Shown: one piece after another, positions 29,821 through 39,146 of the stretch
Layout of the letters: each line of letters starts with the position of its first letter
Numbering within the stretch: the first letter of the stretch is position 1
IMG/VR virus record: IMGVR_UViG_3300037502_001683
Location: 6,252-70,251 of that record
Direction: 5' to 3' (one strand)
Length of the DNA: 64,000 nucleotides
Origin: a virus
Notes under the pieces: generated by a model
What the model was told of the DNA's origin: nothing
Seen by the model: only the letters and a program-made list of their open reading frames with translations
The model's database searches: none
Position numbers and translations under genes: made by a program

Positions 29821-30161
29821 GGCTGGCTTCTCCAATTGGTTCGGTTGCTGCGGTTTGGTTCGGGTAATGGTGTGTCGAAAAATTTGAGGCTAGTCTTAAT
29901 CCTGCCATTTGAAGATATTTCGTAGTGGGCATATCCTGCTGCTTCAAGCTCTCTGATATATTTCTTGATCGGAAACTGGCGGTCTTTCGGGCTTGCCGCG
30001 CCAAAGTGTTCGCGATTTAGCTCAACTGATAAATCTTTATCATTCTGGATAGACAAGGCATAAGTCAAAAGCCCCTTGGCCCCGAAGCTAAGATTACTGT
30101 CTTTAAATGCCTCGCTGGACATTTCCAGATATCCTTCTTTAGTCATTGGAATAATATTCAT
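29817..30161 (-). CDS. Paralogue of the initiator winged-helix domain
   Basis: LSFGAKGLL, IRELEAAGYA, FF...P...RSNRTNW align with the next gene. Confidence 0.75.
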   Translation of the reverse strand: MNIIPMTKEGYLEMSSEAFKDSNLSFGAKGLLTYALSIQNDKDLSVELNREHFGAASPKDRQFPIKKYIRELEAAGYAHYEISSNGRIKTSLKFFDTPLPEPNRSNRTNWRSQP

Positions 30162-30169
30162 GCGGTCTA

Positions 30170-30299
30170 ATAGACACCACTTCTTGCTCTGTGTTCAAAT
30201 TATTCGATGGACGCAAGATTGTGAGATCCATGGGATTTAAGCACAGTGTTCCACGATTGTCAAAAAAAGTTTGAACATCCGCCAAACCGTGTGGTCTAT
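30170..30299. promoter_or_regulatory. Divergent pair of TGAAC-N17-GTC promoters
   Basis: Minus 30170-30198 and plus 30271-30299 both read TTTGAACA-N16-GTCTATTA. Confidence 0.8.
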
Positions 30300-30305
30300 T
30301 ACTCT

Positions 30306-30690
30306 ATGAACAACTTTGCGGGATGCATTGAGGGTGCCACTGTGAATACGGGGGCAAGCGACCTGAAATCCCGCAATTCCGAACGTTTCGATGCGCGTCT
30401 TCATGGCGCGGGAATAAACGATGAGGAAAATGCTGGGCGGTATAGCAATACGGATGAGCGCCACATCGGGAGACAGAGGTTCGGCCTTAGTCTGCGAACG
30501 GTGGGTGCCACATCGTGGTCGGGAGATAGTAAGGTTTATTGGCCCGTGTCGGCCCCTTATAATACGGCACCCCACTGCTATCGCAACCATGGAAACCCGT
30601 ATATCGGAAAGGGGATGCATACCCGTTCCCAGCAAATCTTTTTTGGAGGCGGGGAGACCCGCATGCAAATGCGAAGCTTTGCCAATCTGG
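30306..30690 (+). ncRNA. Candidate large (~380 nt) structured ncRNA
   Basis: Own promoter; many stems, two GNRA-capped hairpins and long-range pairings (see findings). Confidence 0.6.
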
Positions 30691-30730
30691 GGAGGTTGAC
30701 AAAGTGCGCCACCCCGCCTCCAATCTCTTT

Positions 30731-31084
30731 ATGAACAGACAAGACGCCATACAACTACAAATAGATGACATCATGGATACATTTGACTTCCAATGCGTTA
30801 TGAAGGTGTTGGAAGCCTATAAGTCTATGGAGCGGGGTTACCCCAAAGATTGGTTCTTCAATGATGAACCATTTGAACCCGCGATTCGAGCAGCAGCCCG
30901 TGATTGCATGAAAGCGGCGGTCAAGCACGGCTATGCTGGTCATAGCTATTTTGAGGCCCGCTTTACCGAAGGAGAAGACCATGACGGCCCGTGGGTTAAA
31001 ATTGATTTTGGCTTCGGGGATCATACCCACAATGATGGAACATCTTATGAAAAAACTACTACTACTACCCCTATTACTGAGTAA
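30731..31084 (+). CDS. Hypothetical protein (IDDIMDTFDF motif)
   Basis: ATG at 30731 downstream of a TTGACA box; protein-like composition. Confidence 0.75.
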   Translation: MNRQDAIQLQIDDIMDTFDFQCVMKVLEAYKSMERGYPKDWFFNDEPFEPAIRAAARDCMKAAVKHGYAGHSYFEARFTEGEDHDGPWVKIDFGFGDHTHNDGTSYEKTTTTTPITE

Positions 31085-31328
31085 CACCCTCGCCCAAGAT
31101 GGATCGTTTAATGGGACGGTCTATGATTTGAATTCGGGGCGGATACAGATCATTAGCGGATCGGTTGATGTGAAACCCAAAGAATCCACTTATCTGTCTA
31201 CGCTTCGTAGAATCAATGCGGAATTGGCCGAATCAAACGCCCGTTTGAGTGCGGAGATTGCCGCCAACAACCAACTTTACGAACTGCGCGAGCAAACACG
31301 ACTCCTTCGCAAGATTGCCAATCAATGA
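31047..31328 (+). CDS. Small secreted protein with coiled coil
   Basis: MKKLLLLPLLLSNTLA|QD signal-peptide-like N-terminus. Confidence 0.65.
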   Translation: MKKLLLLPLLLSNTLAQDGSFNGTVYDLNSGRIQIISGSVDVKPKESTYLSTLRRINAELAESNARLSAEIAANNQLYELREQTRLLRKIANQ

Positions 31329-31975
31329 GCAACTATCTCAACGTCAACATCCCGACCTTCTTTGCCTTCGTAGACGAAGGGTTCTTCTACGATCTGGAAC
31401 CCAGCGTTAGCAGGGAAAGACAATTGGTTGAGGTATTCGCCTATACGTCAATACCACAGCGTTGTGGGATGTTCAGCGTGATGACCGAATATGGAAGCCA
31501 GCATGCCAGAGTCCCAATCCATTACCTCCACACCGATGAGATTGGCGGCACATTCTATCCTTTGGACTGGATACAACTCTGGGACTCCATGAGCTACTAT
31601 TGTAGCGTTACATTGCACGATTATTGCAAAAACCGTGCAGCAAACATCATGCTAAAAAACAAAACCTTTGAGAAGGCCAAATATATGTTCACCTTGGATT
31701 GGTGTTTCGGGCCGCATTATACTAGTGGCTACGGCGAGATGGCGGCGGGGCACAAGTGCGGCCATGTGTTTGCAGGCGAAGGTGGTCAATATTTTTTACA
31801 ACCCAACAACCGTGTGCTGTGGATGGACGGGGGATCGTTCATTGCCAAGAAATTCCCTACCAAGCCCGACTGGAAAGTCTTCAGCCAAGAGTTTAGCTGC
31901 GAGCATGTCGGTAGCCGCTGGGTCAGCGAAAGCGAGGAAGAACTATGGTTTTACGACTTCAAAGAACAGGGATAG
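31325..31975 (+). CDS. Conserved phage hypothetical protein
   Basis: YLN.NIP, RVPIH, QLWD..SY, Y.FT.DW, HKC.H, QPNNR.LW.D pattern. Confidence 0.8.
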   Translation: MSNYLNVNIPTFFAFVDEGFFYDLEPSVSRERQLVEVFAYTSIPQRCGMFSVMTEYGSQHARVPIHYLHTDEIGGTFYPLDWIQLWDSMSYYCSVTLHDYCKNRAANIMLKNKTFEKAKYMFTLDWCFGPHYTSGYGEMAAGHKCGHVFAGEGGQYFLQPNNRVLWMDGGSFIAKKFPTKPDWKVFSQEFSCEHVGSRWVSESEEELWFYDFKEQG

Positions 31976-32232
31976 CAATCGCACTACTTATTGCAAGTGG
32001 TTGTGTTTCTTATCCACGGCCCTACCCTTGGAACTTCCCCCCAGAGGAGGAATGGAACGCCCCGCTGGAAACAAGCTGGGTCAATCTTGTCGATAACTGG
32101 CGGAATCTGACAGCCCCGCGCAAAAAGGTGTGGAATCCGATTATTCGGGAGTATGAGACTGACTTTGGCTACGAGATTGAGCTTCTGAAGATTCGGGATC
32201 GGGATCTTGAAGAACATGAACTGTATCAATGA
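31945..32232 (+). CDS. Putative lipoprotein
   Basis: Basic N-terminus, hydrophobic stretch and ASGC lipobox. Confidence 0.55.
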   Translation: MVLRLQRTGIAIALLIASGCVSYPRPYPWNFPPEEEWNAPLETSWVNLVDNWRNLTAPRKKVWNPIIREYETDFGYEIELLKIRDRDLEEHELYQ

Positions 32233-32527
32233 TCCAGCCTTGCTTTCTAGCCTCCCGCCCGTTCTCATGTATCCACCGATGGCAACCCGAACAGAGCGCG
32301 GCAAAAAGGTCGTAGCGGTTGAGCAGCGACCCATGGCGCTGGGCTTTGTGATGAATTTCAGTAGCCTTACTTTTCTTGCAACGCTCGCAAATCGGGTGGA
32401 GAGCCAGATAGGCTTTGCGAACATTTGCATACTCCTTGTATTCGCGCTGGCGCTTGGGGGATGCATACCGCAACCTTCCGCTGCGTTTCAATGGAGTTTT
32501 TGAACGAAGTGGAGTTTTTCTTGTCAT
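32141..32527 (-). CDS. HNH endonuclease-like protein
   Basis: RKTPLR, CERC, EIHH...R, ALCSGCHRWIH...AR.QGW. Confidence 0.85.
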   Translation of the reverse strand: MTRKTPLRSKTPLKRSGRLRYASPKRQREYKEYANVRKAYLALHPICERCKKSKATEIHHKAQRHGSLLNRYDLFAALCSGCHRWIHENGREARKQGWIIDTVHVLQDPDPESSEAQSRSQSQSHTPE

Positions 32528-32528
32528 A
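32500..32528 (+). promoter_or_regulatory. TGAAC-N17-GTC class promoter, leaderless
   Basis: TTGAAC-17 nt-GTCATA, 5 nt before the ATG at 32534. Confidence 0.65.
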
Positions 32529-32533
32529 CCTTT

Positions 32534-33513
32534 ATGATCACTTGGAACGATTACAACGATACAAAGCCCGATACAGAGGGAATCTATCTTATCAAAAACG
32601 ACGAGTCAAATCCTCCTTTAAAGTGGGCTTGTTATTACCATCCCCACCATGGATGGAGCGGGATTGGACATATCCTTGAACGTGTGATTAAGTATTGGAG
32701 TCCATGGCCCGATTCAAAGTAGTATTGACTGTCATCAATGAAGACTCCGTCACTCCATTCGTGGTTGGCCCACGCTTTCGCAGGGCGGGGAGGATGCCAA
32801 TGGAGCATCTGGCAGCAGAGCGAAGCGGCTATTGGTTCGACCCTGTTAAAGAGCTTGATCTCGCGCAAGAATGCGCCGATCAATTCACCAAATACATCAA
32901 AGATGCAGAAGCAAAGAAAAAGAAAAAATGAACGATAAAACCAAAACATTCATTGTGTCCCACGGAGAAAAAGTTGTCGAACTCCATGGATTCGGGCTTT
33001 CCCATGAGGAAGCGACATTGCAGTCTGATCAGCTAACAAGGGCTGGCAAACGCAACGTTCGCATCCGCTTGGAAGACCCCATCCACCCAAGCTGGCCGCT
33101 CAACTTCGACGCACAATGAGTAACGATTGGAAACAAGATTGTGTACAGGGTGATGATGGTGTTTGGATTTTTTGGCCCACAGAAAATACTGGAGCCTATC
33201 CAGCACACTTACTACGCACTATCGCGGATTACATTGACAAACTAAACGCCGAAAACGACAAATGAACGACACGCCCGAAACAGATAAAGAGTGGGGCAAC
33301 TGGCTTCACAAATTAAAAATGCCCATTGAATCGTTTGTGGATTTTGCTCGCAAGCTGGAACGTGAACGGAATGAAGCCTTGGACTCATTAAAGTTTATCG
33401 CTGAGTGGGGCGGAAAAACACATGAAACGGAATGCGGCGATATCCGTTGTGATGGAGGCTGGTGCGCCGAACAAGCCCGTTCCGCAATTTATTTACTGAA
33501 AGAAAACCAATGA
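32534..33513 (+). other. Five small hypothetical genes
   Basis: Coupled ORFs, including 33262-33513 of the DTPETD/LERER family. Confidence 0.65.
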
Positions 33514-34604
33514 ACATCGTATTTGTCTACCACAACGGAGACGCCGATCTGGCCATGGAGTCCGCCAAGGCTATCACGGCAATGGGGATCAACATGCGCC
33601 ACAAAGCCACGGTGTGTATCAGAAATGGAACATCCAAGGTTTCCGATATCACCCATGAACTAAAAAAGTCCTTTCCCGAAGTTGACCAGTTGATCGTCCA
33701 AGATGGATTCGATGGCTGGCCGCTTGGCCCCAACCAGATGTTTGCCGATGTATCCGCTGCCATGTATTCGACCAAGGTTCCATTCTTTTTCTGGGAGCCA
33801 GACTGCGTTCCAATGAAAGAAGGCTGGCTGGACGATCTCGACGCCGAATACCACAGGAAAGTCGGCATCATGGGCCACCTCTACGAAGGAGGCATGGCAA
33901 CCAACGGTAAAAACATCTACAAGATGATTGTGGGTAGTGCCGTTTATCCGCCCAATTTCTTAGACTTTTGCCCTTCCGCGCAGTCCCTATCGACCTACAA
34001 CTTGGCCTACAGGAACGCAGGCACGATCCCAGAGCCTTGGGATGTGCGCTGCCGCTGGAATTTTATGGCTATCGGACGGGACACTCCGCTGATCCGCACC
34101 TACTGGAAAAGTGTCAATTACCAGTGGAAGGATGGAAAGATTGTCTTTTATGCCGAAGACCCCGAAGCCCAAGCAGTTCAAGGAGTCACTTGCCAAGACA
34201 GAGTTATCTCCAGCCAAGCTGTAGTCATACACGGATGTAAGGATGGATCGCTCCACAAAATGGCTCAAGAAGGATTTCCAATGCCGTCAGATTCGACGGG
34301 ATTGGTACAAAGTGTCAACAATGAGGTACAAAGTCCTACAGTTTGCAACAATACCTCAGATAAGGTGCCTAATGGTGTGGGAATTGCAACAGATTGCGAC
34401 TTAGCGCCATACCCAATTCAGGTGTTGTGTGAGGCTGTTGGACTAACTACAAGAGAAAACCGATTGCGGGCGGTCAAGCAAGATCCTCCAAAAAAAGTTA
34501 AGAAAAAGCGGGTTATCTCAGAGGCAGAGCGCGAACGCCGCAGGCAATCCATGTTGGCGATTTTGGCAAGAAAGCGTGAACGAAAAGCCCAAGCGGCTGT
34601 CTAA
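33510..34604 (+). CDS. Putative GT-A fold glycosyltransferase-like protein with a basic C-terminal tail
   Basis: GWPLGPN.MF, FFFWEPDCVP...WLD.L..EY, G.AVYP, VVIHGCKDGS. Confidence 0.6.
   Translation: MNIVFVYHNGDADLAMESAKAITAMGINMRHKATVCIRNGTSKVSDITHELKKSFPEVDQLIVQDGFDGWPLGPNQMFADVSAAMYSTKVPFFFWEPDCVPMKEGWLDDLDAEYHRKVGIMGHLYEGGMATNGKNIYKMIVGSAVYPPNFLDFCPSAQSLSTYNLAYRNAGTIPEPWDVRCRWNFMAIGRDTPLIRTYWKSVNYQWKDGKIVFYAEDPEAQAVQGVTCQDRVISSQAVVIHGCKDGSLHKMAQEGFPMPSDSTGLVQSVNNEVQSPTVCNNTSDKVPNGVGIATDCDLAPYPIQVLCEAVGLTTRENRLRAVKQDPPKKVKKKRVISEAERERRRQSMLAILARKRERKAQAAV
34576..34604 (+). promoter_or_regulatory. TGAAC-N17-GTC class promoter for dnaB
   Basis: GTGAAC-17 nt-GTCTAA, 8 nt before the ATG at 34613. 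Confidence 0.7.
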
Positions 34605-34612
34605 CGCTTCCT

Positions 34613-35917
34613 ATGCACGAAGTCATCTACGAACCATCGGCGGAAACCGCAATTCTGTCCTGCCTCTGCCACGCGCCAACAGAGGATCAAAGAGAAATCC
34701 TTCTTTCCATTAAGGAGGATCATTTCTACCTACAGGAGAACAAAATCATCTTTCGGGCGATCATGCGGTGTATCGCCAAGGGGATGCAGGCAGACATCAT
34801 TAATGTGAAGGCTGAAATCGAAGCGGCCAACGAATACGATATCATTGGTGGTGAACAAAAGCTTACAGAAACTGCAACTTCGTGTGTAGCGCATAACAAC
34901 TGGAAACGCTACTACCCCAAGCTGGAAGAAGCCCGCTATCGCAGGTCTTTGGAGTATTTGGCCAATGACATGGTTCACAAGGCCCGTGACCGTGAACTAA
35001 AGATCGAAGAACTTAAGAACTGGTCGGAAACCACAGTGATGAAGGCCGACTACGAGATGGATGATGGGGACAAGCTTTCCATTATTAATGCCCTAGACCG
35101 CGCTGCCCAGAACATCGAATCCACTATTGCGGGTAAACCCTGTGTCGGCATCAAGACGGGACTGGTTCCAGTAGATGATCTCTTGATCTTCGGTATGCGC
35201 GGCGGAGACATGGTGGTGGTCGCCGCCCGACCAGCGGTGGGAAAAACCAGTAGCGCCATGCAGATTGCAGAGCATGTGGCCCTCAACCAGCAAAAGCGGG
35301 TGCTAGTATTCTCCCTTGAGATGACCAGCGTTGCACTCATGGAACGTCTAATTCGCTCCCGTGCGCGTGTGCGAGCCGCCGATATCCTCGCAAGAACGGT
35401 GACCCCGCTACAGAAGAAGGCTCTGGCAGACGCCACAATGGAGATCCAACAGTCCAAGATTCTCTGCGATGATAGTTCTGCCAAGTCGATTGGCTATCTC
35501 AAAGCGGTAGCTCGCCGCGCCCACCAGCGCGAACCACTCGACCTTATCATTATTGATTACCTCCAGCTTGTCAGAGGAGACAGCAGGCGCGGGAAAGAAA
35601 ACCGTGTGTGCGAGGTGGAAGAGATTAGCGGCGGAATCAAAGATCTAGCCAAGACTCTTAAGGTTCCCGTTTTGGTGCTGGCTCAACTCAACCGCGATCC
35701 CGACAAGCGCGGTGGACGCCCAAGTCTTGCTGATCTCAAAGGATCAAGCGCCATTGAGATGGATGCCGATATCGTCATTATGCTCCACAGCGAGGAAGCT
35801 GCTGATCACGGGCAAAACCCAACGATGGAATTCATAGTCGCCAAGCATCGTGAAGGGCCGACAGGTGTGGCCAACATGATCTTCAACAAGGCGATTACTC
35901 GCTTTGAGATTGCTTAG
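34613..35917 (+). CDS. dnaB: Replicative DNA helicase
   Basis: AARPAVGKT, FSLEM, IIIDYLQL, LAQLNR, DLKGS.AIE.DAD, AKHREGPTG. Confidence 0.97.
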   Translation: MHEVIYEPSAETAILSCLCHAPTEDQREILLSIKEDHFYLQENKIIFRAIMRCIAKGMQADIINVKAEIEAANEYDIIGGEQKLTETATSCVAHNNWKRYYPKLEEARYRRSLEYLANDMVHKARDRELKIEELKNWSETTVMKADYEMDDGDKLSIINALDRAAQNIESTIAGKPCVGIKTGLVPVDDLLIFGMRGGDMVVVAARPAVGKTSSAMQIAEHVALNQQKRVLVFSLEMTSVALMERLIRSRARVRAADILARTVTPLQKKALADATMEIQQSKILCDDSSAKSIGYLKAVARRAHQREPLDLIIIDYLQLVRGDSRRGKENRVCEVEEISGGIKDLAKTLKVPVLVLAQLNRDPDKRGGRPSLADLKGSSAIEMDADIVIMLHSEEAADHGQNPTMEFIVAKHREGPTGVANMIFNKAITRFEIA

Positions 35918-36503
35918 ACTTCCAGCAGAAATCGGGGAATTCCAGATTTTCTCCACCTTGAACCTCAACGGGTAGGTGGACGCTGACGGAATTAAAACAG
36001 CCACATATACCACAAGCCTTGAGTTGCATGTCGTAGGAAGTCTTTCTTGCTCCCGCGATGTGTGGGAGCATCCCAGCAATCCCCTTGCACCCCCAACAAC
36101 CAGAGGTGGCGATTTGATGTGGGCAGGCCGCACAAATCTTGGCTCGGCGTTCGGCTTCTTCTTGGGAGACAAGCTCAAACTTTCCGTTGACCGCAAACTG
36201 ATACATTGCCCGAACCCAACGGACAATCTCGGCAAATCCCAACTTTTGTTTGGCTTGGGTGCAAGGAACACAGTTTGGATTTCCAGCTAGTCGGTCACAA
36301 AGATTGTGTTCTATTTGTGACACAAAATCTACAGGAGGAGTAATTCCTTTGGAGACCAGAAGCTTCTCGCAATTCCCGACCATGTCCCAGAAGTCTCCTC
36401 CATATACTTCTTCGTTGACTATTGGGCACTTGACGATCCACCCTTTCGGCGGGACATCAGTCTTGCGCGGATAACAAAATTTCGGAGCCTCACTCATTGA
36501 CAA
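35895..36503 (-). CDS. Cys-rich putative metal-binding protein (DUF6171-related)
   Basis: AERRAKICAACP, CWGC, CGICGC, P..CW. Confidence 0.65.
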   Translation of the reverse strand: MSMSEAPKFCYPRKTDVPPKGWIVKCPIVNEEVYGGDFWDMVGNCEKLLVSKGITPPVDFVSQIEHNLCDRLAGNPNCVPCTQAKQKLGFAEIVRWVRAMYQFAVNGKFELVSQEEAERRAKICAACPHQIATSGCWGCKGIAGMLPHIAGARKTSYDMQLKACGICGCFNSVSVHLPVEVQGGENLEFPDFCWKSKQSQSE

Positions 36504-37260
36504 CTAGCTCCGCTTCATAGGTTGAATCATCTGGAATCTTCATGGATTCCAGCTTGGTGGCGATATTAATCTGAATGGCATTCTGTTGGTTTACGCCTTC
36601 AGAAAAGTTGATGGCAGCAGCTTCGGCAAGTTGCTTAATATTTCTCATCATCCCAAGAGCCTCCATGCCGTCTAGGTCTTGCGCGGCATCAGCAGCCTTG
36701 ACCAACACCTTACCAGTCAGAAACTTGATAGATTTTTTCATGGTCTCCAATGAAGCCGTAATTTCCGACATCAAAGTTGGAACCCCGTCATCCTCCCAAG
36801 GGGCGGGGGATTGCTCGTTAACCAGACGCTCTCGGCATTGAATCCAACGCTGGGTATCGCGCCACAGGCAGACGGTAGACTCGCTAACTTTCAGTTCGTC
36901 AGCAATGTCCCGAATCGTTCGACCAGAACAATACATGGAGAACCCCTTAATGCATTCAAGCCTGCGCTTCTTGTCCATCTCTTCCATCTTGGCGGGAGGC
37001 GGAACCAAGGCTACAGGCTTCTCGACATCCCAAGGATAGAGGTTTTCTTTTTCGGGATTTTCCTGCCAGATCTTCACATGGTCATCCCACTTTTCGCTAT
37101 AGATCAGCTTTTCAAGTGTGGGTTTGTGTTTGGTGTCCAAGGCTTTCATCACCTCTGGCATGTTTCGACCAGCGGCATACAACCGAAATGCATTCTGTTT
37201 TTTGAGGCGGTTTTCGGGACTATCCCAATCCCGTTCTGCAACCTTGCGCTTTTTCTCCAT
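36490..37260 (-). CDS. Probable terminase small subunit with tandem HTH
   Basis: Two AF.LY..G/GF.MY..G HTH repeats each ending in PW[DE]; coiled-coil C-half; 28 nt from terL. Confidence 0.55.
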   Translation of the reverse strand: MEKKRKVAERDWDSPENRLKKQNAFRLYAAGRNMPEVMKALDTKHKPTLEKLIYSEKWDDHVKIWQENPEKENLYPWDVEKPVALVPPPAKMEEMDKKRRLECIKGFSMYCSGRTIRDIADELKVSESTVCLWRDTQRWIQCRERLVNEQSPAPWEDDGVPTLMSEITASLETMKKSIKFLTGKVLVKAADAAQDLDGMEALGMMRNIKQLAEAAAINFSEGVNQQNAIQINIATKLESMKIPDDSTYEAELVVNE

Positions 37261-37288
37261 TGCGATTAGTGTAGTATAAATTTCATAA

Positions 37289-39130
37289 ATGGCAACAGTT
37301 GATCAAGGTGTAGAGAAATACGGGAGGTTGTGGCTACCCAAAGACGGACAGGCGATTACGCCGATCCGTATTGAGATGGATGCATTCCTGCAAGGGTTGA
37401 CCCCCGAAGAGGGCGGTTTAGGCAAAGCCCGCCACTACCGAAATATCGTTTCAGCTATCTGGCCCACTTTCCAATGGCACAAGTGGGCGGAACTGGCCGC
37501 ACAGGCATTTTGTACAAATACCTACGAAGTGGATGAGGCCACTGGAAACAAGTTTGTCCGAAGCGTTACAGGTTTGGCTGGCGGTACAGACTCTGGCAAA
37601 TCCTATGGAATGGCCGCATTCGCGCTAGTTAACTGGTTCTGCGACCCAATCAATACGATGTGCATTGTGGTCTCTACGAGCAAAATAGACGCAAAGCAGC
37701 GTATCTGGGCGGCACTGGTTAAGATGTATCGCGAAGCCCGAAACATGGGACTAGCCTCTGGAAGGCTCATTGAGTCTATGGACATCATCAAGCTGTCTGA
37801 CGAAGAGGGGGCGATCATCGATCCCGAAACAGGGGTAAGTGATGCATCATCGATCATGCTTTTGGCGGCTGGCGACGAATACAAAGATGATGCCCAAAAA
37901 CGGCTTCAGGGCAAAAAGAATCGTCGTATTGTGTTGATAATAGACGAGTTACAAGACTGTTCGGCTTCCGTGATTAATGAGGCAGTCTGGGGATTTAAGG
38001 GCGCTCAAGAGCTTTATATCGTTGGCGCGGGAAACCCCTCCTCCATCTTTGATCCCCACGGAAAATTCTGCGAACCCATCAAGGGATGGATGAGTGTGGA
38101 CGAGGACACCCCGAACTGGAAAATACGGGTGGCTGGTATTGAGGGAGTGTGTATCAGATTTGACTCCGAAAAAGACAATCCCAACCAACAGTCGTTTGAA
38201 GCTGGCAAAGGACTTCGCTATCCATTCCTTCCAAAGCCAAACGATGTGGCGTTGGCCCGAAAGGAACTTGGAGAACTTAACCCTCAGTATTGGAGGAAGT
38301 TCAGGGGCTTCTGGCCTCCCGCAGACGCCGATGATTCCACGATTGTTTCAGACATACTTTTAGCCCGTCACGGGGCCATGGATAAGCCAATCTGGGATGG
38401 AACCCCGAAAGATATTGCTGGAATTGATCCAAGCTACACCGAAGGCGGAGACAGGTTTGTCTTTACCCACATGAAGTACGGAAGGCTAATTACGGGCAAG
38501 TGGGCCATAGCCGTGGAAAAACAATACGTCTTGAACCGCAGGGCTGGTTCTACAGAAGACTTCCAGTATGAGATGATCCAACAAATTCACGACCTCTCTC
38601 TCAAATTGGGAATACCGAATCAATGGATGGGGGTGGATGCTTCGGCGGGTGGTATTTTCTGGTCTATTGGAGAAAGAGATCTCTTAAAAGGTTGGAATGC
38701 AGTGAGTTTTGCGGGAGCGGCATCCGATCTTCCTGTGAGCGCCCAATACGCCATGAGGGATGAGGCAACAGGAAAACCACAAGTCGGCAAGGAATTGTTC
38801 CACAATATGGCTTCAGAACTATGTTTTGTTGCCCGATATTTCCTAGAATGTGAGCAACTCAAAGGCATAACCCCCGATTTGGCTTGGGAAATGACCCAGA
38901 GAAAGTATGTGCGCCGAACCAGAAAGATCATCATTGAGTCAAAGACCGACATGAAAAAGCGGATCGGAAAATCTCCCGACTTATTCGACTCATTTGCGGT
39001 AGGACTGTTTGTTGCTCGCAAAGTTTTTGGGGCCATGGCTGGATCAGAGGCTATTGAGGAAAAGAAGCGGATCAACAAAGAAACCTTCAAGAAACTTAAA
39101 CAAACCTTGACTCTAAGAAAGAATTGGTAG
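37289..39130 (+). CDS. terL: Terminase large subunit
   Basis: Walker A GGTDSGKS, Walker B LIIDE, GAGNP, nuclease GIDP...GGD and KSPD..D. Confidence 0.93.
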   Translation: MATVDQGVEKYGRLWLPKDGQAITPIRIEMDAFLQGLTPEEGGLGKARHYRNIVSAIWPTFQWHKWAELAAQAFCTNTYEVDEATGNKFVRSVTGLAGGTDSGKSYGMAAFALVNWFCDPINTMCIVVSTSKIDAKQRIWAALVKMYREARNMGLASGRLIESMDIIKLSDEEGAIIDPETGVSDASSIMLLAAGDEYKDDAQKRLQGKKNRRIVLIIDELQDCSASVINEAVWGFKGAQELYIVGAGNPSSIFDPHGKFCEPIKGWMSVDEDTPNWKIRVAGIEGVCIRFDSEKDNPNQQSFEAGKGLRYPFLPKPNDVALARKELGELNPQYWRKFRGFWPPADADDSTIVSDILLARHGAMDKPIWDGTPKDIAGIDPSYTEGGDRFVFTHMKYGRLITGKWAIAVEKQYVLNRRAGSTEDFQYEMIQQIHDLSLKLGIPNQWMGVDASAGGIFWSIGERDLLKGWNAVSFAGAASDLPVSAQYAMRDEATGKPQVGKELFHNMASELCFVARYFLECEQLKGITPDLAWEMTQRKYVRRTRKIIIESKTDMKKRIGKSPDLFDSFAVGLFVARKVFGAMAGSEAIEEKKRINKETFKKLKQTLTLRKNW

Positions 39131-39146
39131 ATTCTATTTACCATTT

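Noticed and set aside
30306-30690. Group I intron or RNase P identity for the large RNA (AAAUGCUGGG/CCCAGCA and GAGGAAA resemble P4-type elements)
   Set aside because: No interrupted gene, no room for P3/P8 between the AGAC and TAGTCT segments, and no RNase P consensus at the 3' side.
30246-30734. 162-aa ORF as a protein-coding gene
   Set aside because: No recognisable motifs and dense base pairing. Not fully excluded, because an ATG at 30306 follows the promoter.
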